DNA of 63,803 nucleotides, filler included, from Octopus bimaculoides (lineage: Eukaryota), in the NCBI RefSeq assembly GCF_001194135.2. It is 6 parts of 5 records of this genome, joined end to end, with 100 filler letters (N's around TTAATTAATTAA, not from the genome) between each part and the next. Parts side by side here need not be neighbours in the genome. Positions count along the whole stretch, not along the records: positions 20,565 to 45,944 come from NC_068999.1; positions 46,045 to 59,275 come from NC_068986.1; 4 more parts are not named here. The stretch is one strand, 5' to 3'. The notes beneath the pieces were generated by a model. That model did not search any database and had not been told where the DNA came from. It saw only the letters and a program-made list of their open reading frames with translations. This document shows positions 35,728 through 46,089 of the stretch, one piece after another (the stretch's first letter is position 1; every line of letters begins with the position of its first letter). Position numbers and translations under genes: made by a program.

Positions 35728-35915
35728 ACCCATCAATTAATCTGGATGACCCTGTGACACCAGGAAAACTTCTAGGATGCCATCTTTACAGCAACCCATA
35801 TGGAGTTAAAATCAATTATTGCTTTTGTGAGGAAAATCGTTGTAATAGTTCCAGAAGAAATTTACCATTTAATTTATTATTGTTGACATTTATTTTACTT
35901 GTACTGCATCTGTGA
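35728..35915 (+). CDS. Ly6/three-finger-like GPI protein, terminal coding exon
   Basis: Acceptor tttattcttttacttttag|; (D)PSINLDDPVTPGKLLGCHLYSNPYGVKINYCFCEENRCNSSRRNLPFNLLLLTFILLVLHL*; CxCxxxxCN motif plus hydrophobic C-terminus. Confidence 0.87.
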
Positions 35916-35999
35916 AAACATTTCAATATCAAACCCATTTGAAAAATAGACATTGTGTATTGTATGCAATGTATATATTTTTCTAGAAATTCATTCTAT

Positions 36000-36053
36000 A
36001 TTAAATATAGTCTACATTCTTTATACTTTTCTAAAAATTCATTCTGCATTAAA
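36000..36053 (+). terminator. Candidate polyadenylation signals (ATTAAA x2)
   Basis: ATTAAA at 36000 and 36048, each within a short 24-bp duplication, 85-135 nt after the stop codon. Confidence 0.35.
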
Positions 36054-36056
36054 ATA

Positions 36057-37251
36057 CAAGGGCCAGCTGAAAAGTTCATTGGCTGACAAAGAGATTTATT
36101 TTTCAACATAGTTCTCCCTGTGGTCCATACACTTCTTCCATCAGTGCTTGGATCCCATTGCTGAAGTTTTCATCCTGTTAGTCAAAAAATCATCAACAGC
36201 AGATATGACATTATCATTGCTGTGATGTTGGTTTCCAGCCAAGTGCTTTTCCATGTTGGAGAACAGATAATAATCAGATGGGACCAAATCAGGAGAATAG
36301 GGGGGGGGGGGTGATTAGCTATTTCAAGCCACAGTCATGCACAACTGCTATTGAAACAAAAGACTTTTATCAGTTTACCTGGGTGTTTTGTCTTGATAAG
36401 CCTTTCATAATTGTCTCAGCAAGTTGGCTTAGTACTCTCCATTGATGGTGTGGCCCTTTTGAAAATAGTCAATGAACACAATGTCCTTCACATCCCAAAA
36501 GAAAACTAAGGCCATCACCTTCCCTGCAGATGAAATGATCTTGGCCTTATTTGGTACGGGTGAATAGGGGTGTTTCCACTGAATGGATTGTCTCTTTGTC
36601 TCTGGCTCAAAGTGCTGAACCCAACACTCATTCTGGGTTAGAAAATGTTCAAGAAAACCGCTTATTCTGTCTCAAACAATGTCAGATTTTCCTATGATTT
36701 GATCAGTCAATGCTTTTGATCAGGTTTCAGATGTTGCACCCACCAAGCAGAAACCTTCATCCTGCAAAGCAGAATATTCTCAACTCTCTCACAGGAAATG
36801 CTAATTGCATTGGGTATTTGATTTATAGTCAATCACCTGTCATCCATGTAGTAAACACTCAATGTTCTCTTCTGTGGTGGTAGTTGCAGGACGTCCAGAT
36901 GTTGGGTCATCTTCAAGACTCTCCCTTCCCCTCCTAAATTCAGCTGCACACATTTGCACTATTGATAAAGCTGGAGCATGATCCCCTAATGTAGCAACCA
37001 TGTCAGCATGAATGTCGCTGAGAGCTAAACCCTTTTTCTTCAGGTATTTGATAACACCAAATTTTCTCCATTTTCAAGAGAAGTTGCTGCTGGTTACTTT
37101 TGAAGTCTTCTTTGAACTGTCAGGTGTCAGTTTACCTGGAAAGAAACAATGCAGTTATTAATAAGAAGGGTTGAAATTAATGCATGCAACATTTCACAGC
37201 TCTAGCATTACTCCATCATAGTCAGCCTATCAACTTTTCAGCCTACCCTTG
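36057..37251 (-). mobile_element. Mariner transposon with both TIRs and TA TSD, decayed
   Basis: TA|CAAGGGCCAGCTGAAAAGTTCATTGGCTGAC ... GTCAGCCTATCAACTTTTCAGCCTACCCTTG|TA; minus-strand DIHADMVATLGDHAPALS...EFRRGRESLEDDPTSGRP. Confidence 0.9.
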
Positions 37252-37629
37252 TATTTTAAAAATTATTGCAGTAAACATATACATAAAATGTCTTATCTAA
37301 GGCAAAAATATTCATTGTATTTCTAAAGATGCCTGACCAACATTAACACCAATTTCAATTTGCATAATATTGTAATTTTTAAATTTTTTTAAAACTAAAA
37401 CATTTGTAATGTAAATNNNNNNNNNNNNNNNNNNNNNNNNNNNNNNNNNNNNNNNNNNNNNNNNNNNNNNNNNNNNNNNNNNNNNNNNNCAGATATAATT
37501 TTATCTGCTACAAATGAACGCAAGATCTTTTTTCTGATTACTAAAATATATTTGGAATTCAGAAATACTTTCAGAGAAACATATTCATTTAAGCAGTTTA
37601 GGTTTTAGTTCATCCATTTTTGTGAAGGG

Positions 37630-39210
37630 AAAGAATCATCATCATCATCATCATCGTTTAACGTCCGCCTTCCATGCTAGCATGGGTTGGATGATCTTAC
37701 TGAGGACTGGTGAACCAGATGGCTACACCAGGCTCCAATCTGATTTGGCAGAGTTTCTACAACTGGATGCCCTTCCTAACGCCAACCACTCTGAGAGTGT
37801 AGTGGGTGCTTTTACGTGTCACCGGCACGAAGGTCAGTCAGGCGGTACTGGCAACGGCCTCGCTCAAAATGGTGTATTTTTTATGCCACCTGAACAGGAG
37901 CCAGTCCAGCGGCACTGGCAACGATCTCGCTCGAATGTTTTTTCACGTGCCACCGGCACAAGTGCCAGTAAGGCGACACTGGTAACAATCACGCTCAAAT
38001 GGTGCTATTTATGTGCCACTGGCATGGGAGCCAGACAGTTGCTTAGGCAATGATCACACTCGGACGGTGCTCTTAGCATGCCACTGGTACAGGTGCCAAC
38101 ATGATTTCGATTTCACTTGCCTCAACAGGTCTTCGCAAGTGGAGTTTAGTGTCCAATGAAGGAAAGGTATGCATAAGTGGACTGGCTACACCCCTGGCAG
38201 AGGCCTCGGGTTATGGTCTCACTTAGCTTGCCGGGTCTTCTCACGCACAGCATATTTTCAAAGGTCTCGGTCACAAGTCATTGCCTCGGTGAGGCCTAAT
38301 GTTTGAAGGTCGTGCTTCACCACCTCATCCCAGGTCTTCCTCTTCCACAGGTTCCCTCAACCGCTAGAGTGTGGCACTTTTTCACACAGCTATCCTCATC
38401 CATTCTCACCATATGACCATACCAACGCAATCATTTCTCTTGCACACCACAACTGAGGTTCAACTTTTCTCTCAAGGTACTTACATTCTGTCGAGTATGC
38501 ACACTGACATTACACATCCATCAGAGCATACTGGCGGACTATGATAAATAGGAGGGGGCTGAGAACTGAACCTTGGTGGACCCCTACCTCTACCTGGAAT
38601 TCTTCACTGTACTCGTTGCCAACCCTCACCTTACTGACGGCGTCTCTGTACATGGTTCGCACAGATCTCACTAACCATTCTTCTATCCCTAGTTTCCTCA
38701 TTGACCACCAGATAAGGGATTGGGGGACCCTGTCAAAGGCTTTCTCCATGTCAACGAAAGCAAGGTACAGAGGTTTATCTTTGGCTAGGTATTTCTCCTG
38801 CAGCTGTCTTACCAGAAATATAGCATCAGTGGTGCTTTTCCCTGGCACGAACCCATACTGCAGCTCATCTAAACTGACTCTCTCCCTAATTAGTTGGGCT
38901 ATGACTCTCTCCGTGACTTTCATTACCTGATCCAAGAACTTGATACCTCTGTAATTATTTGTATCTAAATCGTTACCTTTACCTTTGTAGCAATTGACTA
39001 TGGTGCTGCTACACCAGTCATTGGGTATGACTCCTTTGTGTATCACCTGATTAACAATACGGGTGACTAAGCTATATCCGATACTGCCAGATATTTTGAG
39101 CATCTCTGCAGTGATTCCTGATGGGCCGGGGGCTTTCCCTGTCTTCATACTCTTAATTGCTTTATCTATGAAAATTGTTTTATTTCTTTTTCTTTCTCTT
39201 TTCACCATTG
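37630..39210 (-). mobile_element. RTE-clade LINE: RT domain (about 215 open codons), internal deletion, 3' tail
   Basis: KAIKSMKTGKAPGPSGITAEMLK...NYRGIKFL...QYGFVPGKSTTDAIF...AFVDMEKAFDRVP...GVHQGSVLSPLLF; (GAT)n tail at 37637-37655. Confidence 0.93.
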
Positions 39211-39234
39211 TTAAGTGACTAGATGTTATATTGT

Positions 39235-40370
39235 TTAATATCAAAGGAAGGTTAACTGGGAAGATAGTTTTTGTATGTATAGGAGCAATAAACACCAAAG
39301 GTGTACAGAGAACAGAGTCCATCACATGCTGTTGTGGGGTGGGAGGTTAGAAGTAGTTGATAACTTCCATTACCTAGACGACCAAGACAGTAGTCAGGGT
39401 AGATGGTCTGAGAATGTAGCTGCTAGAATAAGAATAACCTGGCCAAAGTTCAGGAAGATCCTACCTCTGCTGGTAACAAATGGTCTCTTGCTCAGAGTGA
39501 AAGGTAGACTGTATGATGCATGTGTGCAAACAGCCATGCTACACAGCAGTGAAATATGGGCTGTGACTACTGAGGACATGTTTAGGCTTGAAAGATATGA
39601 AGGTAGTATGCTCTGCTGGATGTATAATATCAGTGTGCATGCATGACAGAGTGTAAGAGCCCTGAAAAAAAAGTTGGACATTAGAAGCATCAGATGTGGT
39701 GTGCAAAAGTGATGATTGCACTGGTAAGGTCATGTGTTGTGTATGGATGAGGACAGCTGTGTGAAGAAGTGTCACACCCTAACAGTGGAAGAAATCTGTA
39801 GATCCAGGAAGACATAGGATGAGATGGTGAAGCACGACCTTCGAATATTGGGCTTCACAGAGGCAATGACAAGCAACTGAGACCTTTGAAGATATGCTGT
39901 GTTTGAGAAAACCCGGCAAGTCAAATGAGATTGTAGCCTTGGTCGATGTCAGTGTCACATAACTGGCCCGTTCAAAAGTACTCTTCAATCATTAGGCAAT
40001 ATGTTGTGCTTGAAAAGACCTGTTGAGTCAAACGAAATTGTAGTCATGGCCAATGCCAGTGCCACCTGACTGGCTCCCATGCCAGTGAAACATAAAAAGC
40101 ACCATTCGAGCATGGTCAGTGCCAGTGGAACATAAAAAGCACCATTTGACCATGGTTGATACTAATGTTGCCTGAATACTTCCCATGCTGGTGGCAGATA
40201 AAAAGCACCGACTACACTCTCGGAGTGGTTGGTGTTAGGAAGGGTGTCCAGCTGTAAAAATCTTGCCAGATCAGATGGTGCCTGGTGCAGCCTCCTGGCT
40301 TGCCAGTCCTCCGTCCAACCCATGCCAGCATGGAAAGCAGACGTTAAACGATGATGATGATAATGATGAG
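39235..40370 (+). mobile_element. RTE-clade LINE 3' part with tail
   Basis: LEVVDNFHYLDDQ...ARIRITWPKFRKILPLLVTNGLLLRVKGRLYDACVQTAMLHSSEIW; (GAT)n end. Confidence 0.9.
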
Positions 40371-40409
40371 GGGAAGTCAAAAATTATCTGCACTTTTACC
40401 ATAACATAT

Positions 40410-40580
40410 CTTTATTATTGTCACACTGCCTTTTGCAGTGATTATAGTTGGTACTACTGGGTCACATGATCAGAGTTTGAGCCTGATTGTGCCATTTTTC
40501 TTTCTGGCTTTACAGTGAAAGTATGGCCGCTCAACTAGCAGTGTGCACCAAAGAAGAACAAAACGCAGTGATCTAAGATA
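40410..40580 (+). mobile_element. Mariner 5' fragment
   Basis: ATGGCCGCTCAACTAGCAGTGTGCACCAAAGAAGAACAA = MAAQLAVCTKEEQNAVI, a typical mariner N-terminus. Confidence 0.6.
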
Positions 40581-41933
40581 TATATATATCTATATATATT
40601 TTATTTTATTTCTATATACATACACATACACATACATATACGCACAGACGAAAAAATACATACACCCATGCACACATGAATGCACATGTACCTCCCACAA
40701 ACACCATACATGCACACACACACACACATACATCCACACATATGCATGCACACACACACACACACACGCACACACACATACACATGAGCACACACACACA
40801 CGCATACATATACATATATACACCCACGCGCACATCCATACACATATACCTCCCACACAACACGCACACATACACATGCCCAGGAATGTACACATACCTA
40901 ACACACACACAGACACACGCACACACATACATATACACACACACATGTACGCACACATACCTCCCACACACTCATACAGACAAGCACACAATTACACACA
41001 TGTACATAAGCACACACACACAGGAACACACATATACCCCCACACAACCCTATGCACACATATACACACATGCACACACAATATATACTTTCATGTACAC
41101 ACATACATACACACACACATGCACACATATAATTACACACACAATATATACATACATGCACACACACACACATACCTAACACTCACAATCCCATGCACAC
41201 ACGTACACTCACCCACACACATATGCACTCATACATGCACACAATACACGCACATGCATAGATGTGCAAAAAAAACGCATATATACCTCCACACACATAC
41301 ACTCACAGCACACGCATGCACATACATACACACACACACACATGCAAATGAACCCACACATACCTCCTACACACACAACACATACTCATACATACATGCA
41401 CACAATTATACATACATGGACATACACACACAACATATACATACATGCACACCCACATACTTCAAACTACCAGTTAAACACCTTTCTACTGACCATTCTC
41501 CTACACACGTGAAGGGAGACACATAAAAGACAGCCACTCCTACCTAAAATTCCTACTGTAAATTCTTCCTGCGACATTAAGTCCATTCACACATACTGGT
41601 GCTATTATTACACACACACACAAACCTGCGTGCACACACAGACCTGCGTGCACACACATACCCAAACATACACACACATATCTCCTCTTGCACTCTCCTG
41701 TCTTAGAAAGAACTTTTTCTTCACTCATTCCCTTCCAGTCATTTCAAAATGTAACTGCATGTGTATCGTTGGCAATTTTCTTCCTCCGTCTTTCCTTCCT
41801 TTCAACTTTCCTCTATTTCTGAAGAAGAGCTTGGCTCAAAATGTTAAATCCTCTTTCCTACTGATAATACAGTACTTGTACCACGTCCTTGCGTTATTGT
41901 TTTTTTCTTCTTTGTTTGGATTCACTATCAGTA
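40580..41933 (+). mobile_element. CA-rich low-complexity tract ending in a Penelope-type terminal repeat
   Basis: 41760-41930 is homologous (inverted) to 43030-43220 and contains a hammerhead-like motif. Confidence 0.55.
41815..41849 (+). ncRNA. Degenerate minimal hammerhead-ribozyme-like motif
   Basis: ATTT CTGAAGA A GAGC TTG GCTC AAAAT GTT AAAT; differs from ...GAAAC GTT by two CpG-type transitions; stems I and II intact. Confidence 0.55.
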
Positions 41934-42415
41934 TCAGTACATATTGTAAAGCTGAGTTTGCGAGTGTGTGTGTGTGTGTGTGTTGCATCTATAGAAATTC
42001 ACACCTTACAAGATAGTAATCTGGGAGTCACACCAATGGATTCCTCATGGTCGAAAACGCCCAGAATCAGCCATTTATTTTTTTATTTTTTGCTTCCTAA
42101 TGGGTGAATTTTTGCATTAAAAATAATTTTAAACCATAACTTCTAACAATTTTCAAGTCGGAGAAATACACCAGCATTTGCAAACATGAGTTAGGTCCCC
42201 TACAAGCTACAGTGTAATGAGAGAGAGAGAGATAACAGATTTTTTAAATTTTGTCTTTTTAGTGAGTGATTGACAGACAAAAACAGACAGACATGGGTTG
42301 TTATGTATGTATGTATGTGTGAATGGCTTCAGTCACACACACACACACACACGAACATGTATGTGTACAAAACACATGTATGCAATAGGTGTACGTACGT
42401 GTGTGTGTGTTGCCC

Positions 42416-42506
<91 letters not shown>

Positions 42507-42864
42507 CACAATATAAATGATATTCTCCGTTTCTCCACAACTAATTTCCAAATTTGCTAAATCAGTTGCCCTACTCATAGCGACATATAGCTGGTTGTGC
42601 ATGAACATGGGAGAAAGCAGAAGTTACCAGAGCAAAAATCCTGAGTGTTGACTGTAGACACGCTCCTTTGCAAGCGATCAGCTATTATTTTGTAAACAAT
42701 GTACCAAAACTGTTCATGTTTCGAAAGGAGAAATCTGACTCTGCGGGAGAAGATAGGTCTCTCTATTCCTCTTACAAAACTTACATCTGAGTGTTTGCCT
42801 CAATTGATGGTTTTACTCAGGTAATCCTAACTTAATCCCGAGCAAAGCCAGGCTATAGTGCTAG
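41934..42864 (+). mobile_element. Non-autonomous Helitron-type element
   Basis: A|TC...; 3' sub-terminal GC-rich CCCGAGCAAAGCCAGG then CTAG|T; 5' boundary tentative. Confidence 0.55.
42503..42660 (-). pseudogene. PIF1/Helitron helicase C-terminal fragment
   Basis: [36 protein letters not shown] matches helicase motif VI (HGQLYVALSR) and the terminal TxNIVY of Helitron RepHel. Confidence 0.8.
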
Positions 42865-42976
42865 TATATATATATATATATATATATTGATAGAAATGGC
42901 AAGACAACAAAAGAATGAAAGAGACCGACCTCGATATTGTCATGGCTACCGAATAATTGTCACATATTATATTTAC

Positions 42977-43011
<35 letters not shown>

Positions 43012-43029
43012 TACATATATACACATAGT

Positions 43030-43220
43030 CACTCCAAACAAGAACAAGCAAGGAAAAACAACAATGCGAGTACGTGCAACAAGTACACTCAGGAAAGGAA
43101 AGAAAAGAAAGAGGATTTCACATTTCAAGCAGAGCTCTACGTCAGAAGTATAGAAAAAGTCCAAAGAACGGAAGATAGAGAAAAAAAATCGCCAACAATA
43201 CACACGTGGTCACATATTGA
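43030..43220 (-). mobile_element. Penelope-type terminal repeat copy with degenerate hammerhead-like motif (43115-43149)
   Basis: Minus strand CTGACGT A GAGC TCT GCTT GAAAT GTG AAATCCTCTTTC; flanks match 41760-41930. Confidence 0.6.
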
Positions 43221-43222
43221 AA

Positions 43223-43253
<31 letters not shown>

Positions 43254-44989
43254 TATAACTTTGTAGCTTGGAGCTTTTCCACATTCTGTTCTCCAAGAAT
43301 TATCTAGTAAACCAGATTACACAGAGAGCATATCGATGCCAGCATTGGCGGAAACACTCCTTCAGTACTTATCGATAGTTTCATCCTTCTTACTTATTTT
43401 AGTTATTATTATTATTATTTTTTCACCATGACATTCTCTCTAGTGGACATCCGCTTTATTAGTGGTATGTACAATCACCCAGCTTAGTATTTACCTTTTA
43501 CCTTGGCAATAACAATAATAGTAATTATGATTATTTTAATTTTATTTTTTTATATTTATTATAACAATAACAGGAATAGTATCATTAAAATATTATCTTA
43601 AATAATTATTAAATCAGATTCCAACGCCAGTTGTTTTTACTTTTCCCCTTCCTTAGTTGGTTCAGCAAATCTTTCCCAGTAAAGCTGCATTTGCTGGGTC
43701 TAAGCACACCCGTAACCTCACTTACTTTTTCCCATGAGCATGTTTATTATTTTTATTATTTCATCACATGATAATTTTGTGCATTACATCACCATTTATT
43801 TAGATTAATAACCGTATATTAATGATACAATACTATGGGTGTTTAATTTAATTTATTATATTTACATTCCCCGCTTAGTTTTACCTGTTTGTTTACATAA
43901 GGAGTCATAAATATAATGCTTTCATTGGATTCTCTCCCTTCCTCCTTTTCTGGTTTTTAGATTGGCCTTTTTTTGAACTTTAGATTTCTGGATTTAATTC
44001 CGATCCATTTTCCCTTCCTCTAATTTAAACTTTTAGTATAGTGTTCATAGCCTCCCTTAATAGCTCCCTGTAAACCAGCATTCCTGTTTCTAACGGTCAT
44101 TTACTTAACTATATAATGTTATAACACATACACAACCTTAGCATTTAGGAAATTATATTCTATGCATAACAGCCATAACCCCCATGAAAATTCATATATT
44201 TTTCATGTTGATAAAATTTTAACCATACATATTACACACAAATAAAGTAATATTTCTAAATTTTGTTCTTCTTAGAAGTTACAAAGACCCCTTCATGGGG
44301 ATTTCACACCCACAATTCATTTTTCCTAAGCAAAGACGAATACAGTTGTACTATTGGAAGTTATAAGGTCACCCGAACATAACAGATGAGCATTATTTCT
44401 AATTCAACGGTACAACAGTGTAAGACTATCCTTTCAGATATACTTACATTGTGATTTCTGCAATGTGGTGCATAAATTGTCAAGTAAATGAGACACATCT
44501 TTGCCTCCACTGATTCAACTGCAAAGTGTTGAGTAAAATTATTTTGTTGCAGACCTCCTTTGAGTCTTTTTATTATCACTGAGTCACACATAGTCCCCAG
44601 TTGGTAACATTGATTTCAAGGCCTTCCCAGATGAGTGACTGGTTGTTCTAAGACATTTATAGATTGTAAATTTTTGCTGCCCAGTTACCTATCGGTATAG
44701 TGGTCATTTGCAAACTCCAAAGGCAACACTTTCATTTCCCTTTACTCCAAATGTCACACGTTGTTATTTCAATTGGGTCATGCCCTTCCAATTGCTATAG
44801 ATCCGTAATGCATCTTACAGCTGTGCCTGTCACCTGTATGGTGACGAATCCTACATTGGGGAGTAGTAACGACTACGCTAGGGTAGCCGACTGATTATCG
44901 TGATCATTCATGTTTTGGTTTCCTGTAGCTTTACTCTCTTTTACAAACCCAGTGAACATACATATATTTCCTATTTCGAAGAAATTCAA

Positions 44990-45944
44990 ACAATACATAT
45001 AAGACCCAAGTTAAAAAGATTCCTAACAATTCAACTTCTCTGCTTGACATTAACACACCCACCCCCAATTGGGGCCTTAACTCCCACATTTTTCAGCTCC
45101 AAGAGCTCCATTTTTCAGGAACAAAATCCTTTTTACAGGGTCTATAACACTAGAATTTTCGAATATGCACATACATATCAGATATATAAAGATGAGAATG
45201 TGTGTCTGTGTAAATCCCTAAAACTCGATAACTACACAATCAATTTCATTCCAAATTAACACATGCCTTACTTAGGATCCATGTAGTGTCTTAGGCCAAA
45301 ACAATTTTTAACTTCTTGCATAGTTCGAGCCCACAGAAATCATATCTCCTCCACTATTTCAGTATTACCTGTCAAAAGTCAAACAATAACATCACTCTAC
45401 TGTAATGTCAGATACTTTCACTTTAACACTGAAACTATTCCACTATTTCAGTATTACGTGTCAAAAGTGAAACAATAACATGTCGCTACTGTAATTTCCA
45501 ATACTTTCACTTCAATACTTTTAATTTCATACTGAAACTATTAAAGTGAAACTATACTCTCACATATATACAGGCATAATATAAGACCCAAGTTAAAAAC
45601 ATTCCCAACAATTCAACTTCTCTGGTTGACATTAACACCCCCACCCCCAATAGGGGCCTTCATCCCCACATTTTAGAGCTCCATGAGCTGCATTTTTCAG
45701 GAGCAAAATCCTTTTTACAGGTTCCAGAAGACTGAAATTTTGGAATATGCGCATAAAGATCAATAGTATGGGATACATGTCTCATGATTAGAATTTTTTT
45801 AGGGTGTAAAGAGGGAAAGAACCCTCATGTGCAATTTTGATGAAATTTGAACCATAGGTATTCCCGTTCCTTACAGAAAATATAAGAGAAAAGTCTCATC
45901 CTTCAATTGCATGTAACACGAGCAACGCCAGGTATCTCTGCTAG
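44990..45944 (+). mobile_element. Helitron-type 3' region with internal duplications
   Basis: 44996-45165 duplicated at about 45580-45750; 45350-45430 duplicated at about 45440-45510; ends CACGAGCAACGCCAGG...CTAG before the gap. Confidence 0.55.
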
Positions 45945-46044
45945 NNNNNNNNNNNNNNNNNNNNNNNNNNNNNNNNNNNNNNNNNNNNTTAATTAATTAA
46001 NNNNNNNNNNNNNNNNNNNNNNNNNNNNNNNNNNNNNNNNNNNN

Positions 46045-46080
<36 letters not shown>

Positions 46081-46089
46081 TGCGTCTGT

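Noticed and set aside
38510-39325. 271-aa ORF as an intact gene
   Set aside because: Partial RTE RT lacking the YADD region; its N-terminus is the antisense of a neighbouring RTE copy.
40543-41526. 327-aa His/Thr-rich ORF
   Set aside because: Stop-free only because of CA-rich low-complexity sequence; its start is a mariner fragment.
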